DNA from: an uncultured delta proteobacterium
GTDB taxonomy: Bacteria; Myxococcota_A; Polyangia; Polyangiales; B10-G4
Direction: 5' to 3'
Length of the DNA: 64,000 bases
Assembly (NCBI GenBank): GCA_963727445.1
Contig: CAVSGI010000010.1
Coordinates: forward strand, 960,001 to 1,024,000
A program made the translations under genes and the position numbers. Shown piece after piece: positions 10,569 through 20,203 of the stretch (position 1 is the first letter of the stretch; every line of letters begins with the position of its first letter). The notes under the pieces are model-generated. The model had not been told where the DNA came from and ran no database searches. It was given only the letters and a program-made list of their open reading frames with translations.

Positions 10569-11579
10569 ATGATTCGAAAAACCGCCATCCTGCTGGCGCT
10601 CTTGGGCTGGGGCTGCAGCGCGAACACGCCCGCTGCGTCCAGCGATCTCTGTGAACGGGCCGCTGCCCACGTCTCGACTTGCTTCGAAGGGGCCGACGTC
10701 CAGACGAGCGGCTGCGACGAGGCGCGCGCCGCGGCCGCCCTCGACCAGACCTGCGCCGAGCTACGTGAGAGCGGAGACAAGGCCGACTGCAGCGTCTTCA
10801 CCTGGTGGGAGTGCTACGGCGGCGGCGGAAGCAGTGATGCGTCGGGCGGCAAGCTCCAGATCAGCGTCGACGAGTGCCTGAACGACTTCACGGGCAGCTG
10901 CGCCGGCGTCTCCGCGGTCGCCTGCGCCGCGGTCACGGTCGAGACGGCGAGCGGTGACGTGGTGGCCGAAGGCTTCACCAGTGGCCACGGCGGCTTCGCA
11001 GTGGAAGACCTCGAAGCCGGTGGCGAGTACGTCGTCCGCGTGAAGCGGCGGGACGGGACCGTACCGGACGCGACCTTCGGCGATTACGTGGAGGAGATCG
11101 CTCCCGCCGAGGCGCACGTCACCATCGACGGCGACACCACCCGCCTCGACCTGCGCCTGGTCCACGGCGAGCGCGGCGAGGTCTACTCCTGCGCCAGCCT
11201 CGAGGTGCGCTCGAAGGTGATGGCCGACGGTGAGCAGGTCGACCCGGACGAGCAGGAGTGGGACTGGATCGCGGTCTTCGAAGGCGCCGATGGCCCGATC
11301 GGCGACCCCTCCCGCAGCTACCGCGCCTACGACTCCGAAGACGACTTCAGCTCGTTCCGAGAGCTCGACCTCCGGCCCGGCGACTACACCGTCGCCTACC
11401 ACCGCGTGTCGGTCCCCGACTACGCGCGCCTTCCCAACCGCAATCAGGAGCTCCTCGACACCTACGAGGTCTACGGCGCCGAGCCGCAGGTCGTGAGCGT
11501 GACCATCGGCGAGGGCGACATCGGCACCGAGGTCGCCTCCGACGTCTTCGTCCTCGAGGATCCGACCCCGGGGGAGTGA
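10569..11579 (+). CDS. Acidic lipoprotein with Cys-rich N-terminus and beta-sandwich-like domains
   Basis: MIRKTAILLALLGWGC lipobox. Confidence 0.7.
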   Translation: MIRKTAILLALLGWGCSANTPAASSDLCERAAAHVSTCFEGADVQTSGCDEARAAAALDQTCAELRESGDKADCSVFTWWECYGGGGSSDASGGKLQISVDECLNDFTGSCAGVSAVACAAVTVETASGDVVAEGFTSGHGGFAVEDLEAGGEYVVRVKRRDGTVPDATFGDYVEEIAPAEAHVTIDGDTTRLDLRLVHGERGEVYSCASLEVRSKVMADGEQVDPDEQEWDWIAVFEGADGPIGDPSRSYRAYDSEDDFSSFRELDLRPGDYTVAYHRVSVPDYARLPNRNQELLDTYEVYGAEPQVVSVTIGEGDIGTEVASDVFVLEDPTPGE

Positions 11580-11581
11580 CG

Positions 11582-12751
11582 ATGCCGGCCATGACGGATG
11601 GTGCGCGCCCCCTCGACGGCGTCCGCGTCCTCGAGGTCGGTCAGCTCCTCGCGGGTCCCTTCGCCGGCACCTATCTCGGCTGGTTCGGCGCCGACGTCGT
11701 CAAAGTCGAGCCACCCGGCGGCGATCCGATCCGCGGTTGGCGGATGCTCGAGGAGGACGGCACCAGCGTCTGGTGGCGCTCCCTCGCCCGCAACAAGCGC
11801 TCCCTGGTCCTCGACCTGCGCACGGAGGAGGGGCGCGCGACCCTGCGAGAGCTCGCCCTCGCCGCCGACGTCTTGATCGAGAACTTCCGGCCCGGTCGCA
11901 TGGAGGAGTGGGGGCTCGGCCCCGAGGAGCTCCTCGCCGAAAAGCCCGGGCTGGTCTACGCGCGGGTCTCGGGTTTCGGTCAGACCGGCCCCGATCGGGA
12001 GCGCCCGGGGTACGCGGCGGTGTGCGAAGCGGTCGGCGGCCTTCGCCACCTGATCGGCGAGCCTGGGCAGGCGCCGATGCGTCCGAACCTCAGCCTCGGC
12101 GATACGCTCGGAGGCCTGCACGCCGCGCTGGGTATCCTCCTCGCCCTCCGCCAGCGCGACCGAACGGGGCGCGGACAGGTCGTGGACGTCGCGCTCACCG
12201 AAGCGGTCTTCGACATGCTGGAAGCGGTGATCCCGGAGCACGACCGCTTCGGCGTGAGCCGGGCTCCCTCGGGCACGACCATCACCGGCGTGGTCCCCTC
12301 GAACGCCTATCCGTGCGCAGACGGAAGGTGGGTGGTGATCGGCGCCAACGGTGACTCGATCTTTCGCCGGCTGATGCAGACCATCGGCCGGGAGGACCTG
12401 GCGGCGGACGATTCGCTCGCCACCAACGCGGGCCGCGTGGCGCGCGCTCGAGAGCTCGACGCGGCGATCGGCGCGTGGACGAAGGATCGGAGCGCCGCGC
12501 TCGTCTGCCAGGAGTTGGTGGCGGCCTCGGTGCCGGTGGGGACGATCCGCGACGCCGCCGCGCTCCGTGAAGACCCCCACTTTCAGGCGCGGGGGCTCTT
12601 CGAGAGGGTCGAGACCCCGAGCGGCCCGCTCGTGATTCCGGCGCTCGCCCCCCGACTCGCGGACACGCCCGGGCGAAGCGAGCGGGCGGGGCCGGAGCTG
12701 GATGCGGATCGACAATCCGTCCTCTTGGATTGGCTCGGATCTGCCCCATAG
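11582..12751 (+). CDS. CaiB/BaiF family III CoA-transferase
   Basis: RPLDGVRVLE, LAGPFAG, GADVVKVEPPGGD, RNKRSLVLDL, DVLIENFRPG, SGFGQTGP. Confidence 0.92.
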   Translation: MPAMTDGARPLDGVRVLEVGQLLAGPFAGTYLGWFGADVVKVEPPGGDPIRGWRMLEEDGTSVWWRSLARNKRSLVLDLRTEEGRATLRELALAADVLIENFRPGRMEEWGLGPEELLAEKPGLVYARVSGFGQTGPDRERPGYAAVCEAVGGLRHLIGEPGQAPMRPNLSLGDTLGGLHAALGILLALRQRDRTGRGQVVDVALTEAVFDMLEAVIPEHDRFGVSRAPSGTTITGVVPSNAYPCADGRWVVIGANGDSIFRRLMQTIGREDLAADDSLATNAGRVARARELDAAIGAWTKDRSAALVCQELVAASVPVGTIRDAAALREDPHFQARGLFERVETPSGPLVIPALAPRLADTPGRSERAGPELDADRQSVLLDWLGSAP

Positions 12752-12761
12752 TGATCCCGTC

Positions 12762-13919
12762 TTGCTGGTCCGCCTCATCACAGACCTCTCCGAAGTCGAC
12801 GCGGAGGCGTGGGACGCCCTGACCGGTGAGGACGACCCCTTCGTCGAGCACGCCTTTCTGGCCGCGCTCGAGGAGAGCGGATCCGTCGGCGGCAAGACCG
12901 GGTGGGACCCGTGCCACCTGACGGTCTGGGAGGGCGACCGGCTGATCGGCGCGCTGCCGCTCTACCAGAAGGACCACAGCTACGGCGAGTACATCTTCGA
13001 TTGGGCGTGGGCCGACGCGGCGATGCGCATCGGCATCCCCTACTACCCGAAGCTCGTCTCGATGGTGCCGATGACCCCGGCCACCGGCCGCCGCCTTCTC
13101 GTGCACCCGGAGGCCGATCGCGACGAGGTGGTCGCCGCGCTGGTTCAGGGCGCGCTCGCGGTGGCCGAGGAGCTCGACGCGTCCTCGGTGCACTTCAACT
13201 TCCTGACGGAAGAGGAGCGCGCCGATCTCTCGATCCACCCCGCGCTGATGAGCCGGATGACCCAGCAGTTCCACTGGCACAACGAAGGCTACGAGAGCTT
13301 CGACGACTTCCTCGGCCGCATGCGGTCCTCGAACCGCAAGCAGATCCGGAAGGAGCGCCGGCGCGTCGCCGAGTCCGGCCTCCGTGTGGAAGTGAAGACC
13401 GGCGAAGAGCTCACGCAGCCGGACTGGCGCGCCCTGCATCACTTCTATCGCGACACCTGCGGTCGCAAGGGCTCCTATCCCTACCTCACCCGGAAGTTCT
13501 TCACGCTCCTGCCCGAACGCCTCGCGCATCGGGTGGTCGCCGCCATCGCCTACGACGGCGATCGCCCCGTCGCCGGCACCTTGAACTTCGAGAAGGGCGC
13601 GCACATCTACGGCCGCTACTGGGGCGCAGAGGCCGACTACGACATGTTGCACTTCGAGCTCTGCTACTACCGCCTCATCGAGCGCGCGATCGACGAGAAG
13701 ATGACGCGCTTCGAGGCCGGCGCACAGGGAATGCACAAGCTCAAGCGCGGTCTGATGCCGGTTCCCATCCACAGCGTGCACTTCATGCGGCACCGGGTGC
13801 TGGCTGAGGCGGTGGGCGACTTCTTGCCGCGGGAGGCCGCTTCGACCCGCATGCGCATCGAAGAGCTGGCCGCCCACGGCCCCTTCCGGCGCGGCGAAAG
13901 CGAAGAGGAAAAGGCGTGA
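12762..13919 (+). CDS. FemAB-related GNAT protein (DUF482)
   Basis: KDHSYGEYIFDWAWA, YYPKLVSMVPMTPATG, YGRYWG, LHFELCYY, FEAGAQGMHKLKRG; start codon uncertain. Confidence 0.88.
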   Translation: MLVRLITDLSEVDAEAWDALTGEDDPFVEHAFLAALEESGSVGGKTGWDPCHLTVWEGDRLIGALPLYQKDHSYGEYIFDWAWADAAMRIGIPYYPKLVSMVPMTPATGRRLLVHPEADRDEVVAALVQGALAVAEELDASSVHFNFLTEEERADLSIHPALMSRMTQQFHWHNEGYESFDDFLGRMRSSNRKQIRKERRRVAESGLRVEVKTGEELTQPDWRALHHFYRDTCGRKGSYPYLTRKFFTLLPERLAHRVVAAIAYDGDRPVAGTLNFEKGAHIYGRYWGAEADYDMLHFELCYYRLIERAIDEKMTRFEAGAQGMHKLKRGLMPVPIHSVHFMRHRVLAEAVGDFLPREAASTRMRIEELAAHGPFRRGESEEEKA

Positions 13920-13974
13920 AATAGGCGAGGCCGGGTCTCCGTAGGGAAGCCGAACCCATGACGGAGAACGGAAA

Positions 13975-14910
13975 ATGAAGCGAATCGCCCTCGCCGCCAC
14001 CCTGGCGGCCATCCTCATGCCCAGCGCCATCGCCGCCGCCCAGGTCACCGACCGGATCACCTTCGGTGGAGACGTCACGGTCGCGGCCGGCGAGGTCGTG
14101 AACGACGTCGTGACGATGGGAGGCGACGCGTCGATCGAAGGCGAGGTGCGCGGCGACGTGGTGACCATGGGCGGCGATCTCGACGTCGCCGACTCTGGTC
14201 ACGTCTTCGGCGAAGCGGTCACCATGGGCGGCGACGTGACGGTCGAAGACAGCGGGCGGATCGATGGACGCGTGCAGACCTTCGGCGGCGAAGCGGAGGG
14301 CACCGGGATCGCGGCCACGCCTTCCACGCCCGACACGCCCCGGGTGCACGTCGACCTCGGGCCCGGCCATTCGCCCGAGCACGGCTGGAGCTTCGGCGAG
14401 TGGGTGGTCGACACGATTCAGAGCTTCGTGAGCCACGTGCTCCTCTTCATCCTGGGCCTGCTGCTGATGGGCGTCGCCAAGGAGCGCTACGAGGCGCTTC
14501 AGGTGACCATCGTCAAGAAGCCCCTGCCCTCCTTCGGCTACGGCGTGCTCGGCATCGTCGGTGCGCTCCTCGCCATCGTCGTGCTCGCGATCACCATCAT
14601 CGGCATCCCCGCCGCGGTCCTCGGCGCCGTCGCCCTGCCCATCGCGGTCTACATCGGCCTGGCGGCGTTCGCGGCGGTCTTCGGCGCGGCGCTCCCGATC
14701 GAGCAGCTCCGCGGAAAGCCGGTGCTCCAGCTCGCCGCCGGCGTGGGCACGCTCTGGCTGCTCTCGCTCATCCCCTTCATGGGCGCCTTCGCCACCGCGG
14801 TCGCCGCGGCTCTGGGCCTGGGGGCGCTCTTCATCACGCGCTTCCGCACCACCGCCCAGCTGCCGCCCGACCCCACCCCGGCCGGCCCCTACCGGACGTC
14901 GACGGTCTGA
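13975..14910 (+). CDS. Membrane protein with an N-terminal bactofilin-like beta-helix
   Basis: Signal peptide, repeated V(V)TMGGD units, then about 5 TM helices. Confidence 0.7.
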   Translation: MKRIALAATLAAILMPSAIAAAQVTDRITFGGDVTVAAGEVVNDVVTMGGDASIEGEVRGDVVTMGGDLDVADSGHVFGEAVTMGGDVTVEDSGRIDGRVQTFGGEAEGTGIAATPSTPDTPRVHVDLGPGHSPEHGWSFGEWVVDTIQSFVSHVLLFILGLLLMGVAKERYEALQVTIVKKPLPSFGYGVLGIVGALLAIVVLAITIIGIPAAVLGAVALPIAVYIGLAAFAAVFGAALPIEQLRGKPVLQLAAGVGTLWLLSLIPFMGAFATAVAAALGLGALFITRFRTTAQLPPDPTPAGPYRTSTV

Positions 14911-14939
14911 GCGCCCGGCGCGGGCGTCAATGTGAAGAA

Positions 14940-15605
14940 GTGTTGAGATCGATTGACGCTCGCGCCCTGCCGACCCACCTGAAACACGTGGAGGAGAGTG
15001 AGCTCACCGTCGGCGCTGCGCGCGCTGCTTTCTTTCGTGCCAACGGTTTTCCCGCCGACGGCGGATACGAGGACGAGTTCGCCGAGGCAGACTTCGGGCC
15101 GCTCCGCTATCGCGTGCCCAACACTCGAGCGAGAGGCCGCGCCCTGATGGTCCACGACCTCCATCACGTCGCCACCGGCTACCCCACGGATTGGCGCGGC
15201 GAAGCGGAGATCAGCGCGTGGGAGCTCGGCAGTCGCCTCGGCGTCACCCACCCCTACGCGTGGATCACAGTGCTCTTCGGCGTCTTCACCGGCATCCTCG
15301 GTCATCTCGGCGCAACGTTTCGCGCCTTCACCCGCGGCCGTCGCTCCGAGAACCTCTACGGCGAACGCTTCGATCCGGAGTGGCTGAAGCGCCGCCTGAG
15401 CACCCTCCGAGCGGAGCTGAGCGTGAGCGAAGAGCCGCCGCGCCCCCGATTCGTCGACGCCCTTCTCTTCGCCGGATGGTCGGTCCTGGCGCTCGCTTTC
15501 GGGGTCGTCGCCCTCCCCTTCGTGGCGCTGTCGGTTCTCGACGCAGCACGCCGGCAGCTCGCGGTCTGTCCCTTCGCCGCCGCCAGCTGCTCCAGCCGCT
15601 CCTGA
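14940..15605 (+). CDS. Hypothetical membrane protein with a Coq4-like HDxxH motif
   Basis: VHDLHHVATGYPTDWRGEAEISAWE; start uncertain (GTG 14940 or 14988). Confidence 0.55.
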   Translation: MLRSIDARALPTHLKHVEESELTVGAARAAFFRANGFPADGGYEDEFAEADFGPLRYRVPNTRARGRALMVHDLHHVATGYPTDWRGEAEISAWELGSRLGVTHPYAWITVLFGVFTGILGHLGATFRAFTRGRRSENLYGERFDPEWLKRRLSTLRAELSVSEEPPRPRFVDALLFAGWSVLALAFGVVALPFVALSVLDAARRQLAVCPFAAASCSSRS

Positions 15606-15838
15606 GAACGGATCACAAAGGGCCCGAAGTGCGGTTATCATTCGGCGGTGAACGCTCGCCTGAATGTCGGGGGGAATCGGCGCCACCCAGATCTCGTCAT
15701 GCCGCCGGAGCGCCTTTGAAGAATCCGGGGAAGGGCGACGAAGCGCCGGCGTATGACGCATCGGAGACGGATGATGCGCCCCCGAGCGCTCCAGAATCGC
15801 AAGGTGACGAAGTGCGACCGACGACGCGATTTCAACGG

Positions 15839-16808
15839 ATGGCACCGCCGCGGCAGCCGCTGCCGACGACTCCCGATCCGAAGTACCTGAAGGACACCCT
15901 CGAGGATTTCGACGACGCCATCTCCCAGCTCCAGATTCGAGCGCGCGAGCGGGTGGGCGAGTCCCTGGCGGGGCGCTACGAGCTGCGCAACGTCCTGGGC
16001 GCCGGCGGGGCGGGTGCGGTCTACTCGGCCTTCGATCACGAGACGGGCGAGCGCGTCGCGATCAAGCTCCTGCACGCGGGGCTCCACCAGTCGAAGGAGC
16101 ACGTGGCTCGATTCGAGCGGGAGGCGCGCGCCGCCGCCGCCATCGGGCACTCGAGCGTGGTGAACGTCCTCGAGGTAGTGAACACGCGAAACAATCTCTT
16201 CATGGTGCTCGAGCTCCTCGACGGCGAAGCGCTCTTCTACGCGATCGAGGATCGACGCCTCTCTCTCGGGGACGTCCTCGAGGTCGGCCGACAGCTCCTC
16301 GGCGCCCTCGCCGCCGCACACGCGCGCGACATCATCCACCGTGACGTCAAACCGGAGAACGTCTTCCTCTGCCGCGATCCCAGCGGCGCCCTGCGGGTGA
16401 AGCTCCTCGACTTCGGCATCGCCAAGATGCTCCGGCGCGACGTCGCCACCACCTTCAGCACCCTCGACGGCATGGTGGTCGGAACCCCGCACTACATGAG
16501 CCCGCAGATGTGCGCCGGTGAGCCCGCGACGCCCGGCGCCGACATCTGGGCCGCGGGCGCGCTCCTCTTCCACGCCCTCGCCGGCCAACCGCCCTTCGAC
16601 GACGATCACATCGGGCGGCTGCTGATGCGCATCGTGCGGGACCCGGCACCTTCGCTCCGAACCCATCGGCCGGATCTGCCCCCGGGAGATCATCGCCGCG
16701 GTCGACAAGGCGCTGGCCCAGGATCCCGATGCACGTTGGAAGAGCGCCCAGGCTTTCGCAGACGCGCTGAGCCTCGGAGGCGCGCCAATCGACGACCTCG
16801 ACTACTGA
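15839..16808 (+). CDS. Ser/Thr protein kinase (Pkn2-like), with an apparent frameshift near 16683
   Basis: LGAGGAGAVY, VAIK, HRDVKPEN, DFGIAK, GTPHYMSP. The C-terminus IIAAVDKALAQDPDARW continues in another frame to TGA 16808. The start may be further upstream. Confidence 0.85.
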
Positions 16809-16845
16809 GCCCGCGGCCGGCACGCCCCTTGCTCCAGCTGCAACC

Positions 16846-17832
16846 ATGACGCTCGTTTTGTGCCGAGTCGTGCCGTTCCTCTGCGCGTGCTCAGTCCTCG
16901 TTGGATGTTTTGGATCCCACGACACGCCCCCCGGGGGAGGCGATGGCGGCGTGCCCGATTCGGGTCGGCGCACCGACAGCGGCACTTCGCCCGATGGCGG
17001 CATCGTGGACGGCGGAGGATTCGACTCGAGCACGCCCTGGGACGGTGGCGCCCTCGACTGCCCTGCCTCGCCCATGGATCTGTTCTGCGGGACCGACACC
17101 GTGTTCGCCGGTCTTCCGCAGACGCTCGAGGTGCTGGTGGGTGGCGCCGACCGCTGCTACTGCGGGGAGACGGTCGACTGCGCGGTGAGCCTCGGCGAAG
17201 AGCCGCACACGCTCGTGATCTCCGCCGGACTCTGCACGCCATCCATACTCTGCGACGGATGCATGCCCTACGCGCGCGGCGAGTGTGCGCTGCCGGCCCT
17301 GGACGAAGGAAGCTGGCGCGTCGACGTCAACGGGGCGCCGGCCTTCGAGCTGAACGTGCTCGATCCGGGCGTCATGCCGGAGTGGGGCGCTGAGTGCACG
17401 AGCCCCGCCCGGGTGGAGGACGAGAGCTGCGGTCTCTCCTGGCCGCCGGGCGACAGCACCTTCGACCAGGCGTGTCACCCGTCCGCGGTCCTCGCCGACA
17501 CGCGTGCCGAGATCCACGTCACCACCTCGTGCGGCGGCTGTGGCCAGAGCGCCGGCCCTTGCGAGGTGGAGATCTTCGACGACGTGATCCACGTGCGACC
17601 CTCGACCGCCTACTCGGGGTGCGACTACGACTGCCCACCGGTCTGCGAGGTTCGAACCGACGTCTGCACCACGCCTCCCCTGCCCGAAGGGACCTGGCAC
17701 TTGATCATCGACGGTCCCGCTGGCCTCGAGAGCACCATCGTGTCGACGCGAGACCCGGCGCCCCCCGATGAGCTCTGCTTCGGCGCAGCCAGCGGCGGGA
17801 CGAGCGGAGGCGCCGGCGCCGGCGGCCCCTGA
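16846..17832 (+). CDS. Cys-rich lipoprotein with two tandem related domains
   Basis: VLVGC lipobox, DGG/DSG linker, two units ending CALPALDEGSW and CTTPPLPEGTW. Confidence 0.7.
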   Translation: MTLVLCRVVPFLCACSVLVGCFGSHDTPPGGGDGGVPDSGRRTDSGTSPDGGIVDGGGFDSSTPWDGGALDCPASPMDLFCGTDTVFAGLPQTLEVLVGGADRCYCGETVDCAVSLGEEPHTLVISAGLCTPSILCDGCMPYARGECALPALDEGSWRVDVNGAPAFELNVLDPGVMPEWGAECTSPARVEDESCGLSWPPGDSTFDQACHPSAVLADTRAEIHVTTSCGGCGQSAGPCEVEIFDDVIHVRPSTAYSGCDYDCPPVCEVRTDVCTTPPLPEGTWHLIIDGPAGLESTIVSTRDPAPPDELCFGAASGGTSGGAGAGGP

Positions 17833-20165
17833 AGGGTCAACGCCGCCAGAATCTCGGACGCGCGCCTGGCCACGAGCGCCCGCGCGGCCGCGAAGCGCGC
17901 GTCGCCACGCATGGGTGCGAGCGACGGGCAGTTGTCGACCCAGTTGAGGTCGAGGAGGACTCCCTTCGCCGCCACCTCCAGACAATCGAAGGCGAGGTCG
18001 AGAGCGCCAGCGGTGCAGAAGACCTCGGCGCCGATCTGGTGGATCAACACATCGAAGCGCGGATTGGCGAGCCACTCGGGAGCCCTGTCGATCATCTCGA
18101 GCGCGGCTTTCGATTCTCCCTCCCCGACGGCAACGGCGCAGAGCAACGCGACGCGCTCCGCCGCTTTGGTGCCGACGTCGCGGACGCCGGCGAGCCGCTG
18201 ATTGGCCTCCTCCATCTCGCCTCGCCAGAGCGCCGCGCGGAAGCGACCCATTGCCGCGGGAAGCGAGTGTCCGATCTCGCTCTCGGCCACCGCCTGCGTG
18301 TGACGTCGATACGCCTCGAAGTCTCCCCGGAAGATCGCCGCGCGCCCAAGCGTCAGATGGCAGAGGGTGAGGGTCGGGTCGAGCTCGAGGGTGAGCTCGA
18401 GACGCCTGATGCCTTCCTCGACGCGGCCCGACTCGATCTGGAGCTCTCCGAGATAGTGCTGCGCCTCGGCCATGGTGGGTGCGATCTCGAGCGCCCGGCT
18501 GAGCGCCACCGCCGCTTCGCGGAACCGGCCCACCTGAACGTCCAGCATCGCGGCCGCCAGATGTGTCTCGGCGAGATCGGGCGCGCGACGCAGGGCACGT
18601 TCGACGCTCCGCTCGGCGCGCTGCCGCCGGACGTCTCCGTCGAGGGCGTGTGTTCCCCACCAACCCCGTACGCTCGCCATGGCGTGCGCGACCAGCCCCA
18701 CGGAGAAATCGGGCGCGAGCGCGATGCACTGGTCGAGGAGCTCGATGGCCTCTTCGGCGCGGATCATCGCGTCGCGCCGAAGCAGGCGCCGCGCACGCAG
18801 GTAGAGCGTGATGGCTTCCCGAGGCGCCTTGTGGCCATGCACCGCGGCGTCCACCTCGAGCCTGAGCGCTTCCGCGATGCGCCGGCCCATCGACTCCTGT
18901 AGCGCGAAGAGATCTTCCACGGTCCCCTCGAAGCGATCGTTCCAGCGCTGTAGAGCGGAGTCGGTATCGATCAAGCGCGCTGTGATGCGAACGCGGGAGC
19001 CCGCGAGCTGAACGGTGCCGTCGACCACCGAGTCGGCGCCGAGCTCGGCGGCGATGGCCTCCGGGTCCCGCGCTTTCGCGAAGCGACGGGTCGCCCCCAC
19101 GGCCAGCACCTTCAGTCCCCGCGTTCGCGAGAGCACGTCCACCAGCTCCTCCGCGAGGCCGTCGCCCAGGTAGTCGCTTTCTGGGCTTCCCCGATAGTCG
19201 AAGGGCAGAACGGCGATCGTATGCTCGCCTGGGGACGCGATGGGCGCGTAGAGCGACTGGCTCGCGCGCGCGCTGACCTCGGGGCTCGCATCACCGCTCA
19301 GAAAGGCGTCGAGCGCTCGCGTCACCACCGACATCGACGCCGGGCGTCCAGCGGGATCGCGCGCCGTACACGACAGGAAGAGGTTCGCCAGGGCGTCGGG
19401 GACCGCCGTGACGTCGCGCGGGTCCAGGGGGTCGCGATGCAACCGCGCAGCGGCCACGGCGATCGGAGTGTCTCCCTCGAAGGGCAGGCGCCCGGTCAAG
19501 AGCTCGAAGAGGATCAAGCCGAAGGCGTAGACGTCGCTGCGTGGGTCTGCCTTCCGACCCGACACCTGCTCCGGGCTCATGTAGTGGGGCGTACCGACGA
19601 GCATCCCCGTCTCGTGGGTCTTCGCCTCCGAAGCCATCGCCCGCGCGATCCCGAAGTCGGTCAGCACGACGCGTCCCTCGTTCGCCAACAAGACGTTGGC
19701 CGGCTTCAGGTCGCGATGAATGATGCCCGCCTCGTGCGCCGCCTCGAGCCCCATGGCGATGTCACGCGCGATGCGAGCGGCACGAATTGGGTCGAGCGCG
19801 CCCTGCTCTTCGAGGATCGCGTCGAGCGCGCGACCCTCGACGTATTCCATGGTCAGGTAGCGCACCTCTCCGACTTCGCCGAAATCGTGGATCCGCGCGA
19901 CGTTCGGGTGGGTGACCTTCCGCGCGAGTCGCACCTCGCCCCGAAAGCGCTCGAGGGCGCGGTCCGACGCCAACGTCAGCAGCTTCAGCGCCACCGTCTC
20001 GCCGAGCGCCCGATCGCGAACGCGATAGACCGCGCCCATCCCACCGCGCCCCAAGAGCGCTTCGACCTCGTAGCGACCGGCGAACTCCTGGCCGGGCGCG
20101 AGCGTCATGCCCAGCGCATCCCCCGCTTCGGCGGCGCGGATGGTGTCGTCGATACCCGAGCTCAT
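17625..20165 (-). CDS. Ser/Thr kinase with a TolB-like (FlgO/CsgG-fold) domain and TPR repeats
   Basis: Kinase motifs HRDLKPAN, DFG, YMSPEQ; then TIAVLPF...LGDGLAEEL..LKV and TPRs. The true end is probably near 17837 (EIWRR*) if a 1-nt indel exists near 17850. Confidence 0.88.
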   Translation of the reverse strand: MSSGIDDTIRAAEAGDALGMTLAPGQEFAGRYEVEALLGRGGMGAVYRVRDRALGETVALKLLTLASDRALERFRGEVRLARKVTHPNVARIHDFGEVGEVRYLTMEYVEGRALDAILEEQGALDPIRAARIARDIAMGLEAAHEAGIIHRDLKPANVLLANEGRVVLTDFGIARAMASEAKTHETGMLVGTPHYMSPEQVSGRKADPRSDVYAFGLILFELLTGRLPFEGDTPIAVAAARLHRDPLDPRDVTAVPDALANLFLSCTARDPAGRPASMSVVTRALDAFLSGDASPEVSARASQSLYAPIASPGEHTIAVLPFDYRGSPESDYLGDGLAEELVDVLSRTRGLKVLAVGATRRFAKARDPEAIAAELGADSVVDGTVQLAGSRVRITARLIDTDSALQRWNDRFEGTVEDLFALQESMGRRIAEALRLEVDAAVHGHKAPREAITLYLRARRLLRRDAMIRAEEAIELLDQCIALAPDFSVGLVAHAMASVRGWWGTHALDGDVRRQRAERSVERALRRAPDLAETHLAAAMLDVQVGRFREAAVALSRALEIAPTMAEAQHYLGELQIESGRVEEGIRRLELTLELDPTLTLCHLTLGRAAIFRGDFEAYRRHTQAVAESEIGHSLPAAMGRFRAALWRGEMEEANQRLAGVRDVGTKAAERVALLCAVAVGEGESKAALEMIDRAPEWLANPRFDVLIHQIGAEVFCTAGALDLAFDCLEVAAKGVLLDLNWVDNCPSLAPMRGDARFAAARALVARRASEILAALTLQGPPAPAPPLVPPLAAPKQSSSGGAGSRVDTMVLSRPAGPSMIKCQVPSGRGGVVQTSVRTSQTGGQS

Positions 20166-20203
20166 CCGCGTTCATCGTACCGCAGCGGCAGAGCCAGGTG
20201 AGG

